A DNA stretch of 63,972 nucleotides, counting the filler, from Blastocystis sp. subtype 4 (Eukaryota), in NCBI RefSeq assembly GCF_000743755.1. It is 6 parts of 6 records of this genome, joined end to end, with 100 filler letters (N's around TTAATTAATTAA, not from the genome) between each part and the next. Parts side by side here need not be neighbours in the genome. Positions count along the whole stretch, not along the records: positions 33,040 to 43,815 come from NW_014569228.1; positions 43,916 to 54,787 come from NW_014569227.1; 4 more parts are not named here. One strand, written 5' to 3'. The position numbers were made by a program, and so were the translations under genes. Of this stretch, positions 36,663 to 48,393 are shown one piece after another. The notes below the pieces were generated by a model. It was not told where the DNA came from. It was given only the letters and a program-made list of their open reading frames with translations, and did no database searches. Position 1 is the stretch's first letter. Each line of letters begins with the position of its first letter.

Positions 36663-37635
36663 ATGAGTGATAAGATCATCGACGGAAAGAAGGTGGCCGA
36701 AGATATCCATGCTGAGTGTCTTGCTGAGACAACGAAGATGATGGAAGAGACTGGAAAGGTTCCTGGACTTGCTGTCATTTTGGTCGGAGAGAGAAGAGAC
36801 TCTCAGACCTACGTTCGGAATAAGAAGAGAATGTGTGTTAAAGATGGAATCAAGCCGTTTGATTATACGTTCCCTGCTGATATCTCGGAGGTGGACAGTG
36901 AGGTTTTAGAGTGAATTATAGGATGAATTGCTTAAGGTTGTCGAGGAATTGAATGCCAATCCTGAAGTTCACGGAATTTTAGTGCAGTTGCCTCTCCCTA
37001 ACCACATTAACGAGGAAAGAATCTTGAATGCCATCTCCATTGAAAAGGATGTGGATGGTTTCCACCCTTTGAACATTGGTAAACTGTCAATGAAGGGCCG
37101 TACTCCTCTCTTTGTTCCTTGTACCCCTAAGGGATGTATTGAGTTGCTTGACCGCTACCATGTGGAGATTGCAGGAAAGAATGCCGTTGTCATTGGTCGC
37201 AGTAATATTGTTGGCATTCCCGTAGCAATGCTTCTTTTGGGTCGTAATGCGACAGTGACCATTTGCCATTCTCATACGAAGAACTTGAAGGAACATCTTA
37301 TGAACGCTGATATCATTGTTGCTGCTGTAGGTGTTGCTAATTTGGTGAAAGGTGATATGATCAAGGAGGGTTGCGTGATCATTGATGTTGGTATGAATGC
37401 TGTTGACGATCCCAACGACAAGCGTGGCTATCATCTGTGTGGAGATGTTGACTACCAATCTGTAAGTGGATATTCTGAAGTAAGAAGTAGTGTTATGAGA
37501 AGTGCCGTCTGATTACGCCTGTGCCTGGAGGTGTTGGTCCCATGACTATCGCAATGTTGATGAAGGTAAGAGAGGAGAATTAATGAGATATAGAACACTG
37601 TGGAGAGTGGGAAGAGAGCCATTTACAAGAATTAA
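36663..37635 (+). CDS. folD: Methylenetetrahydrofolate dehydrogenase/cyclohydrolase (FolD-type)
   Basis: [69 protein letters not shown]. Confidence 0.96.
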
Positions 37636-37661
37636 GTCTTGAGTTGTTTGTAACATACACA

Positions 37662-38709
37662 TTACATTTCCGCCAGTTCATTGCTTTGGGCACCGGAAAC
37701 GGGAATATAGATTCCAGACACAACTTCAGTAGTTTCTTCATCCTCCTTCTCCATTTTGGTTAAGTAAGGATTTTGAGAGACAGCTAACGGCTTAGAGATG
37801 GACATGATTCGTCCCACAATAATACCGTTACCGAGAGGTTTTTCCTTCTTCGTCAGAATATAGCGGATCAATACAACAGTCATGGTACAAAGCAAACAGC
37901 CACACAAGAAAACGCCTGCAGTCTGGACAAGCGAACTGGAACAAGCTAATCATGAAGAAAATCTATCAACCTCACTTGATCGATTAACCTCCTGAAGCTG
38001 GATATTACAATCATTACTTCGGATTGACACAATAGTATCATCTATGATGACAAATCAAAATCATATCTACAAAAGGATACATCTATTGTTTGATCTTTTC
38101 CAATTAGAGAAGCCAAAGAACTGATGATTGGAGACGAACAAGACACTTGATCAATTGGTATGTGTGTATTCAAACGAGTTGATGTTGAACAATTATACCT
38201 CGTAAGGGAGGCTGAATCAGTAAAACTGAGAGATATCTGATACACATTATATGTCATCGAAGTACCTTCAACTAAAGCCAATCACGTACCTATTACTGAT
38301 ATAACGGACGATGGTTGCATTCTGCATCACCTCCATGAATGATGATCTTGTAATTCCATTTACCTCACTCCCTGCCGAAATAACAGGAAAGTACAGGATA
38401 GTTGCTTTCGTTGGAGTAGAATATTCTCCTCCAAAGAACGACACTCTCACATAATAGTCTACATGATCAGTAAATGCTGGAAATATAACCTTCTGTATCC
38501 TTGCTCACAATGGCAGCATATACACCACAATCTACTCATTACGATTCCTTCGATAGTGTACCTCCACTCGATTTTGGAACATACCATGATCCACCTTGAA
38601 GAATAATCGAGGTGTTTTGAACCCCCTCACGAAGAATCGTATGAATTTCATTAGACAAAGCTGTTTCGAAAAGTAAAAGCACAGAAAAGTATCCCCAGAG
38701 TAAATGCAT
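37662..38709 (-). CDS. Hypothetical type I membrane protein, multi-exon
   Basis: Signal peptide MHLLWGYFSVLLLFETALS; TM AGVFLCGCLLCTMTVVLI; cytosolic tail ending NELAEM*. Confidence 0.55.
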
Positions 38710-38789
38710 AAAAAGAAGTGAACAAAACGAGATGGGTTCCACGATTTCCACCATTTAAGATAAGTATAGAACAAAGAAAAAAACATATA

Positions 38790-40401
38790 CTACCACATAA
38801 AATGAGCAGTACTTCCATCTACCCACGTAAAAGGACGATATAAGAAGAGATATGCAGTAAGGAGATTCAAAAAAGACGAAGCAGAGAGTGATATAATGGG
38901 ATGTGTTTTGGGCTTCACTAAGCAAATGTAGATGATTACCGGAAGTGTGTAATACCGAAATCTACAAATCAACTTCTCGTTCCTCAGCTACTCAACCACT
39001 GGAGACGAAACAACCACGGCCCCACACAAGATAGCGAGAACTAGACATGAAAACGAAGATAGTTCCGAAGTGACTACATCAACCATCACCGCCATGCATG
39101 CACCATATAGCGGTATAAGAGCATATTTCCATGGCTATCCATAAGAAATGGGAGTCCAAACATACCAGAACAATGTCTTTGAAGATATAGAAGATGAAAT
39201 GACGATTATCTGATTGAATAAAAGGATGAACGATCATGTATCGGTGAATAAATCTACTTCATATCAACCAATTTGTCGTACATTGTTGCTAACAGACAAC
39301 AAACCACATAGCGAAGAGTTACATGAAACCAGAAGGATCGATCAAGCTGTTTTCGATTCTTCATCCTTTGGAACAACTTCAGTACAATATCATCAATAAA
39401 AACGCAACAGAAAAATACAGCAAAGTAACAAATCTGCATAAAATGGAGAGAAATCGAATGATGCTCTTTGTCACCCAGCACTACTGAAAATCCATTGGAG
39501 ACGAAAAAGGCAACGAAACATAGCAGAATGAAGAGAAAAGGAAGAATGATCTTGAATACCGTATGAAACTCCGAAAACAACAGAGACACAAAATGGAGGA
39601 ATTGAGAAAAGAAGGATGGATATTTTGGACTCTTGTGAAGAATTCCATAACGCTGAAACACAATCAACATTGGATTCAATACTGTTAGAATTACATTCGT
39701 TTGTCGCACAGTGATAGCAAGGGCAGTAAAGACAGCGCTAGTGAGAACGTATGGAAGCTCATAACCTAGATGAACACCAAGCCACAAGAATACCTCGTTC
39801 ACTCATGAAAGCAAATAAGATTGATAACACAGAATAGAATAGGGAGAGTCCATCTGTGTAATACAGAAAAAATGGACAGAGAATCGTAGGAATACTCATG
39901 ATCTGAATGGCCCACAAAAACGATTTCACTAGTTTCTATACTATTATAGCAGATACGCAAATTCACATGTTCAGGATTAGCTTTTCGCAAAATCAAGAAA
40001 ACAGTTCCAGTGGTAAAAAAGAGGATAATCATATTCATCCATCGAAGAGATGATAATGGACACATCATCTCGCTATCTGCATTGTGTACACCAAAGATAC
40101 TCAAAACTACGTATCGGAACCTACAATATCTATACATCAGCATCTTCATAAAACACAAACAGGCTTCCAACAATATATAATCCCGGAAAAGTAGTGATCT
40201 TTGGATCCCAGTAAGTATAGTTCCCTGATAGATAAAGAGAAAGAAAAATATATCACCATTAAAATACCGCTCTGTCATCGGATAATGAAACACTTCATCC
40301 ATGTACGCTTCAGGGACACTCATATTCACTTTCTTCATCATATAGATGACAATACATGAATAAATAGCGGCAATGATATAGATCAATACTGTCACCTTCA
40401 T
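38790..40401 (-). CDS. ALG10: Alpha-1,2-glucosyltransferase ALG10/DIE2, multi-exon
   Basis: VPEAYMDEVFH, WDPKITTFPGLY, VRQTN, VVLGDKEHH, DNRHFIFY, FRYYTLP, LFLYRPFTW..HFMW*. Confidence 0.94.
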
Positions 40402-40432
40402 CCAAAAATAATTTAACAAACATTCAAAACGA

Positions 40433-41649
40433 TTATGATGACACCCTACTATGATTCAATTCGATGATGGCCCGATGGAATCCAAACCGGTCTTCCGTTG
40501 ACTGTATCACATGAACTTGATCATAAGCAGCCGGTTCGCGAACCTCTGTTGTTTCACAATTTCGAGTCGAGTCCAACGAAGGATCCCCGGATTCAAACAC
40601 CTACATCACATCCATCTCTAAGCAGTACAGTTAGATCCTCAATTCCCTCATTCAGCTTCTGTAAAGCCTCATAGCGAGTAGTGTCATCATTATGGATAAC
40701 ATCCTTGATTTTTCCATCACTCATCACCACAATGCGAGTGGCAATACTGGGAAGCATCATATCATGAGTCACCATGATCAAAGTAGTTCCCATATTATTC
40801 AGCTCCACAAGTAGATTCATGATACGAATCGTATTCAATGTGTCCAAGTCACCAGTCGGTTCATCCAACAACAGCATATCAGGACTAGCGCTCACCACAA
40901 AATAATACGTATACGTGTTAGCTAACCCACGGGCGATTGAGACTCGTTGCTGTTCACCACCACTCAATTGACTGGGATAGTGACTCCCTCGATCGATCAT
41001 GCCTACACGTTGGAGTAATTCGTTCACGGCTTGACGACGTTGCAAACGGGTCAATTCGCCCTTCACTCATTAGATTTATCAGTACACTACTTTGAGGATT
41101 AAAGGAAGTTCTACATTCTGAGCGGCTGTCATTCCAGGTATTAAATTGAAGGTTTGAAAGACAAATCCAATTGAGCGAAGTCGAATTTGTGAAACTGTTT
41201 TATCTTGTGTTTTGTCGTTGAATAGCAAACCAGAGATTTCCAATTCCCCTCGAGTTGGTGAATCAACCGTTCCAAGGATATTGAGTAGCGAGCTCTTTCC
41301 TGAACCCGACTTGCCCACAATTATCACAAACTCCCCACGACTTATCCTCAGATTCACTCCTCGAAGAGCAGGTACACCTTCTAGTCCCAGTAAATATGTT
41401 TTGTGAAGATTTCTGGCTTCAAGCACTGTTAAGTCCGGGATTTCGTCTTCATCGGAATCATTGGACTCTTCAGAAACAGGCGGAACCGGATGTCGAAAGA
41501 TTCTACGATACCAAGGAACAGATTCATTAGATTCAGGAGATGGGATACTATATGATATTCAGGAAACTCGTTTACGGAATAATTTCGGAACTGGTGCGCG
41601 ATCGACTCCTAGAGAGCGATGTTTCGTCAATAATCCCGTCAGACGACAT
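40433..41649 (-). CDS. Stand-alone ABC ATPase of the LolD/MacB type, multi-exon
   Basis: LHKTYLLGLEGVPALRGVNL, GKSGSGKSSLLNILG, IGFVFQTFNLI, HYPSQLSGGEQQRVSIAR, LLDEPTGDLD, MVTHD; no TM domain. Confidence 0.9.
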
Positions 41650-41697
41650 GAATGTGAGTGAAGTTCATATCCCATCATTATCCCTTTTCGTTTCAAG

Positions 41698-41912
41698 AAA
41701 ACTATTCATAATGTCTTTGGACCTCAAGCTGCTTGGATTAGTGCAGCCGACGTTCTTCGCTGTAACAACGACGACAAAAGCCATCATGCTACTCTCCTCC
41801 CAATTACAGCCCAGAGACGATCACAAATCATCATAGTTTAAAGGTTGACTCTTTCAAGGAAATGAAAGAGAAAGAATGTACTATAGAAATGATCCTGTTC
41901 GAGTACAGTCTT
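41698..41912 (-). ncRNA. U3: U3 snoRNA
   Basis: 5' end AAGACTGTACTCGAACAGGATCATTTCTATAGTA contains the GAC/box A' and box A. Box C' ATGATGA; terminal stem AAACTAT/ATAGTTT; ~215 nt; lies in an intergenic gap. Confidence 0.88.
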
Positions 41913-42041
41913 AGCCTATTATTCTCTTCGTAATTCTCATCAACCCCATTTTGGAATTTTTCATTATGGGTATTCTAATTTCCATCCTATTTACAGAATA
42001 CACCTATTTCAATTCTGTCCACACAACAAACACTTCACATT

Positions 42042-42950
42042 CTATACTTCATGTACTTCCATGTCGTATGAATCATATTCTGGTTCTAGTCCCCGTTGTC
42101 GACGGCTCCGACGTGGTGGTAAATTTGAAAAGTCAATCTCGTCATCATCGTCATCTGTCGAATCGCTAAAAGCGTCAAAGTTTGTGTAATGTCTCTTCTT
42201 GCTCCCAATACGACGACGTTTTGGTTGTAATGAATTCTATTCATAACACCAACCACCCAATGTCACCTCAGAACCATTCCGAATGCATTCTAGAGCATTC
42301 CGAAGTACTCCAAGTCGAGATAACAATTGTTCACGCTCCAGCTGCGCATTTGTCCGTTTATCAAACACCTCACTCGTCTGACTCTCTGTCAACTTGGGAA
42401 TCACAACACGACGAATCTGTTCTGTTGTCAACCCATACTTCTTGACATTTGCCTCTCTCTTTATCTTCACCTCTTCTGTTGTGAGATTGTCTATTGATCA
42501 GTTGAATACCAGATCTTAACGTCCATCATTGATTATTATACCATTTTTGCGACAGACATTTGTTCGTTTAGCATTCTCTCGACCTATTTCATATACATCG
42601 GCATGGAGTTTAAGGAATTCTACTTCTAAGATACTTATGCCGGCAGAATACCTTTTAGAGACTGTTGTCCAATCATTCGTTGGACCTGACACACAATCTG
42701 AGACACCGTTTTTCCAGGCAATACTTTCGCTCGTATAATTGCGCTCCATGAACCGATCCCATACTTCATAATTGCACATCGTAATACCTCCATTTCCTCT
42801 TTAGTCCAGCCTAGAACCTGATTTTGTATATTAAATAGTGATACCTGGCGCAATGGTTACATTCCACAGAGACTTGCTATCCGAACTAAAAATTTTGGAA
42901 ATACGACCTAAACATTATTACTTATCTTACTTTCATCTACTTTTCGACAT
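42042..42950 (-). CDS. Myb/SANT-like domain protein, multi-exon
   Basis: LWNVTIAPGWTKEEMEVLRCAIMKYGIGSWSAI..LPGKTVSQIVCQVQRMIGQQSLKEF..RKNGIIIN. Confidence 0.7.
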
Positions 42951-43067
42951 CAAAATACTTGACGACAAGATAATTGAAATAGAATCAAGACGGTAGTACG
43001 GGGATTCTGTATTACCGGGGAACTTCCCTCCTTGTTCCCGCCTTATTTCATTCTGTAAACAAACAGA

Positions 43068-43815
<748 letters not shown>

Positions 43816-43915
43816 NNNNNNNNNNNNNNNNNNNNNNNNNNNNNNNNNNNNNNNNNNNNTTAATTAATTAANNNNNNNNNNNNNNNNNNNNNNNNNNNNN
43901 NNNNNNNNNNNNNNN
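43816..43915. other. Artificial contig linker
   Basis: 44 N + TTAATTAATTAA + 44 N. Confidence 0.98.
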
Positions 43916-46900
43916 TCTGCTTCTGGAGTGAGTGTATCGAATGTGTTGTCTGTTGAAGTCCATTTCACAGATTCAAATCATGAAGAGATCATTCAATTCA
44001 ATGGATTCTTATCTTTATTGGCTGGAATGACTTCAACCAACAATTGCTTCGTTCACTACAATGTAGCTAGCACTGCATATACCGGTTTTAGTAATGCTGC
44101 CACAGCTATCTCCTGGACAAGGAACTCAGCTGCTCAGAGTTATTCGTCTCCTGGTTCAATCACCTTTGAGTTTTCAGGATCTGTAAAATCCATCTTCAAC
44201 TCCTTCCGAATCTGGCCATATACATATCCTACTCGAGGACCTAGTATTTTCATACTAGAAGGAGCCATGTCTACTACGTCAACATGGGAAACAGTGGCTT
44301 CTATATCTGGAGCTGTTTACACTGCTAGTGAATGGAACCAATGGAATATGGTGAGTGCTGCCCCACAATATCCATTGTTGAAGTTTACAGCTCAGGAGTC
44401 ACAAGAAACTCCTATTTCAATTTATGAAATCCAGTTCCTTGTTTGTAATCGTCCTATTCCTACAGCCATTGATTATCCTGAGACACAGTATTCCTATTTG
44501 AGATACTATGAACAAGTCAACATTGCTCCCAGTTCATTTGGATATTCTGGTTGTTTAATCTCACCCGCTCTTCCTGATGGAGTGAGTATTGATCCCAACA
44601 CTTGTATCATCTCTGGAAGATCGAATGTTGCTTCTCCATTGACTTCCTATCAGATCACATCTCAAGTAGGAACCACTCAATTACAGGCATCCATCAGTAT
44701 TGCTTTCACCGAATGTACTGGTGCCTATTACAAGATTGTTCGAACTTACAAGACTAGTCCTCAAAATGAGTATTTCAGAATTCGTGATACATCCAATGAT
44801 AACATTGTATATGAGATTGAATCAGGCCATTCTCATACTGCCAATGCTGATTGGACTCATTATCTGTGTATCACTGTAGATCGATTTGATGTTACCTTTG
44901 ATTCTACTTCAGCTTATTGGTACTCTGGTTCATATTATTACATGTATTTGATGCTCTCTGATGGTGAAGAGGAGATGGTTCTGAAAGGACGATATGATTC
45001 GAATCAAGGAAATGTTCATACTCACTATCTTCGTCGTCCTTCTATCAATCATTCAGAACAATGGTATTATAAGATGGGTGAAGTGCCTACCAATTGGCAT
45101 AGTGCTGAAACTTCTGGTTGGCAACAGGCTGCTAGAGGATCATTCCCTACTTCTGCAAATCGTATTCAGTTGTACAAGAAGACATTCAACATTGCCTCAT
45201 TGAATGAAGTGTCTGGATTGATTCTGTCAATTCGATACAGATATGGAGTGATTGTGTATTTGAATGGAAATGAAGCATGGAGAAATGGAGTGATTGGAGA
45301 TTTGTCGACTTCATCCACTGTTGACAATTCATATACTGATTTGAAGTACTATGTTGTGACTCTTCCAGGCAAACAGATTCAGACTTCAACAGTAACGAGT
45401 CCAGTGACATTCCTTCAATCTGGAATTAACACGATTGCTATTGCGATTGTTGCTATTGCTGACAGTTATACTACATCCTATTTTGATGCAGTTGTTCGTT
45501 TGATGTCATCAGAACAATCTGAATCTCATATCTGGGAATTCACCGCTACAACATCTGGATTCTATTCTTCTGGTTCGAATCCATTTGATATGTATTATAG
45601 TACCTACATAACAGCTTATTCATGTATTGACAATTCTCTCACCATAACTCTATCAAACAATCGTCGTGAATGGATCAGTTCTGTTCAGATTCAGAACTAT
45701 TACTCGACTCTCTACAGTAGTCAGGTTGCTGCTCAATTCAATCTGTATGGTCGAAATTCGAATGATGATGAATGGACACTTCTGAAGGAAGTCACTGGTC
45801 TCACTTATTCAACTGTCGGTCAGAAGCGAAGGATCTATTTCATTAACAATACTCCTTACAATCAATTCAAGTTTGAGAACTTTGGTACTGGTAATCCTTC
45901 TTCTTGTTCTTGGTATGTTCAATCTCTGGATCTGTTTGCTGATAATGTGTTGGTTGATATTCCTAACTTCACTTATGATTCTTCAGTCACTGTATTCAAG
46001 GATATTGAGATGGCTGAAGTGATTCCTCAGAATGGAGATGGTTACTTCAACTTCAGAATCAATCCTTCTCTTCCTGCTGGTATTGTGTTGGATTCTCAAA
46101 CTGGTTGGATTTCAGGTACTGCCACTTCTGAGAGTACTGCTCAAACCTACACCATCACTGCTACGAATGTGGCTGGAGGAGATGTGACTGATACTATCTC
46201 TCTCTCAGTTTCACTATGTTCTGGAGCCCAAGGATTGATGACTGTTCGTATCAGAGCTGATGGTTATCCCAGTGAGAATTCATGGAAACTGTATGAAGGA
46301 AGAGGAACCTCAGGAGCTGTGTTGAGATCTGTATCTCCATTCCCTGTATCAAATACTTATTACTATGTTGATTTCTGTTTGGAGAATGGATTCTACACAT
46401 TTGAAGGATCTGATTCATTTGGAGATGGATGGAGTATTGGAACTGGTTACACTCTGACTGTTGACATGGGAGAGATGGAGTTGGATATCATGGAAATGAA
46501 CAGACAGGATAATAAACCGATTTATGTATCAACTGTGTTCTCAACATATTTCCCTTTCCAGATTGAATACACAGATTGGAAGGTGATACAGACTGATGTG
46601 TCAAGTGATTGGAATACTGTCAGTTTCGATGATTCCACTTGGAACACATACAAGGCTGTTGATATTCCTTCCACTTCTTCAATCACAACATATATCCGAA
46701 AGAGTTTCACAATGAGTGGAGTGAATGATTATCAAGTGTTGAATGTTCGAGTGAAGTATTCTGGAGGAGTGGCTGCCTATCTGAATGGAAATCTGGTTGC
46801 TCGATTCAATCTGGCTGAAGATTTCGATTCTTTGAGTCTATCGATCACTGATCATGATGCTAATGTGTTTTCGAAGTTCCATGTGATTCTTGCAACAGCT

Positions 46901-48199
46901 GGAATTGAGGAAGGCAACAATGTATTTAGTTTCGAGATTCACCGTCCTTTGAGTGGTACTACTGCTGATCCTGTTTTGTTTGATGCTACTGGAGTATTTG
47001 GAGTTGAAGACTGTTCTACTGTTGTTGATTCTTATTCTTCTCTCACTTCTACTACTCCCAATTCAGGTACGGTTGATGCAATCATGGATCTGGATCCTTA
47101 TACTACTGGTCTTCTTCCTAATACGATTGGAACCTATATTGATTGGACTATTGAGAATCTTGTTGGAAGCAAATGGAATTCATTCAACATGGTTGGAGGA
47201 TCTACAGTTACATCTTGGGGCTTTGAGATCACTGGATTCTTCAATCCTGATGATCAGCAGGAAGCAGCAATAATCATTCTTGATAGTGAACCTAGAACAA
47301 TCACACAGAAAACAAAGCCTCAGATCTCTGTTCCTGTGGCTCTGGCTGGATTCCGTAGATATCGATGGGAGGTTACTGATACTGGTTCAACTACAACCTC
47401 TTTGGGATCGATTCATATGGCCTATTGTAAGGCTTCAGGATCTGTGTGTCCTGGAATTGGCAACTATCCTTCAGTGGGTGAAGGCCAAATCTCTCCTTCT
47501 TCTTGTGAGACTGGTTACAGAGGTTATTCATATCGTGAGTGTTCTGGAGGTGTGTTGGGTGAAGTCAAAACAGATCAGTGTGTTAAGAAACCTCCAACCA
47601 ATGCTCGTTATCGATCATCTCAGAATCGATTTGTGATGGGAACAGTTGTGACCACTGGTGTTCCTTCAGTGAATAACATAGTTGATCGTTGGTATATTGA
47701 TGAAGGAGTGACACTTCCTAATGGATTGAGTCTGGATTCTCAGACAGGAGAGATCTCTGGTACTCCTACAGACATAATGGACTTAACAACATACACAGTG
47801 TATGCTGAGAATGAATCAGGAGCTACTCAAGCCACAGTATCGATTCAGGTACGAAAGGGAACATGTATGGCTGAGGGAGTATTCCCTGTGACGTATGTGG
47901 GTGAAACGGCTGTATATGAGTGTTCATCGCAGGGTAGTTATGTAGGCACTCAGAAGCGTGCTTGTATTCTGGGAAGTGAAGATGGAGAATGGCAGAATGC
48001 ATCTGGGTTCTGTACTTCAGTGTTAACAATTGTAGTTATTGTAGTCGTTGCTGTGGTGATTATTGCTGTTGCAATATTCTTGCTAGTGAGAGCTGGAAAG
48101 AAAGCAAAAGCAGTGGGTGGCGTGAAGGGAAAGAAGACAGTGAAGAAAAGCAAGGCAAGTAATGTTGCCTCAAAGACAAAGAAGCAGGTGACAATTTAG
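43916..48199 (+). CDS. Large type I surface protein with putative-Ig (He_PIG-like) and galactose-binding-like modules, 5'-truncated
   Basis: Uninterrupted ORF of >1420 aa; LPDGVSIDPNTCIISG, LPAGIVLDSQTGWISGT, LPNGLSLDSQTGEISGTPT; Cys-rich modules; C-terminal TM and Lys-rich tail. Confidence 0.85.
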   Translation, partial: SASGVSVSNVLSVEVHFTDSNHEEIIQFNGFLSLLAGMTSTNNCFVHYNVASTAYTGFSNAATAISWTRNSAAQSYSSPGSITFEFSGSVKSIFNSFRIWPYTYPTRGPSIFILEGAMSTTSTWETVASISGAVYTASEWNQWNMVSAAPQYPLLKFTAQESQETPISIYEIQFLVCNRPIPTAIDYPETQYSYLRYYEQVNIAPSSFGYSGCLISPALPDGVSIDPNTCIISGRSNVASPLTSYQITSQVGTTQLQASISIAFTECTGAYYKIVRTYKTSPQNEYFRIRDTSNDNIVYEIESGHSHTANADWTHYLCITVDRFDVTFDSTSAYWYSGSYYYMYLMLSDGEEEMVLKGRYDSNQGNVHTHYLRRPSINHSEQWYYKMGEVPTNWHSAETSGWQQAARGSFPTSANRIQLYKKTFNIASLNEVSGLILSIRYRYGVIVYLNGNEAWRNGVIGDLSTSSTVDNSYTDLKYYVVTLPGKQIQTSTVTSPVTFLQSGINTIAIAIVAIADSYTTSYFDAVVRLMSSEQSESHIWEFTATTSGFYSSGSNPFDMYYSTYITAYSCIDNSLTITLSNNRREWISSVQIQNYYSTLYSSQVAAQFNLYGRNSNDDEWTLLKEVTGLTYSTVGQKRRIYFINNTPYNQFKFENFGTGNPSSCSWYVQSLDLFADNVLVDIPNFTYDSSVTVFKDIEMAEVIPQNGDGYFNFRINPSLPAGIVLDSQTGWISGTATSESTAQTYTITATNVAGGDVTDTISLSVSLCSGAQGLMTVRIRADGYPSENSWKLYEGRGTSGAVLRSVSPFPVSNTYYYVDFCLENGFYTFEGSDSFGDGWSIGTGYTLTVDMGEMELDIMEMNRQDNKPIYVSTVFSTYFPFQIEYTDWKVIQTDVSSDWNTVSFDDSTWNTYKAVDIPSTSSITTYIRKSFTMSGVNDYQVLNVRVKYSGGVAAYLNGNLVARFNLAEDFDSLSLSITDHDANVFSKFHVILATAGIEEGNNVFSFEIHRPLSGTTADPVLFDATGVFGVEDCSTVVDSYSSLTSTTPNSGTVDAIMDLDPYTTGLLPNTIGTYIDWTIENLVGSKWNSFNMVGGSTVTSWGFEITGFFNPDDQQEAAIIILDSEPRTITQKTKPQISVPVALAGFRRYRWEVTDTGSTTTSLGSIHMAYCKASGSVCPGIGNYPSVGEGQISPSSCETGYRGYSYRECSGGVLGEVKTDQCVKKPPTNARYRSSQNRFVMGTVVTTGVPSVNNIVDRWYIDEGVTLPNGLSLDSQTGEISGTPTDIMDLTTYTVYAENESGATQATVSIQVRKGTCMAEGVFPVTYVGETAVYECSSQGSYVGTQKRACILGSEDGEWQNASGFCTSVLTIVVIVVVAVVIIAVAIFLLVRAGKKAKAVGGVKGKKTVKKSKASNVASKTKKQVTI

Positions 48200-48393
48200 C
48201 TTATATTATGATTGTTGGAAACAAAAGCATAGCATCTGATGTAAACAGACTGACAGTCTAACAGAACACTGTTATATTAGGTACTGACAGGGATTATCCA
48301 ACTGCAATGTCCATATCATAGATCCAGATTACTAATCTCCTAATTCACTTGTAAACCATATTCTTCATAACAAACAGCACAACATAATAGTAC

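Noticed and set aside
20336..41912. Apparent ribosome-biogenesis cluster (IMP3, WDR74, U3)
   Set aside because: IMP3 is on a different contig, and WDR74 and U3 are separated by unrelated genes.
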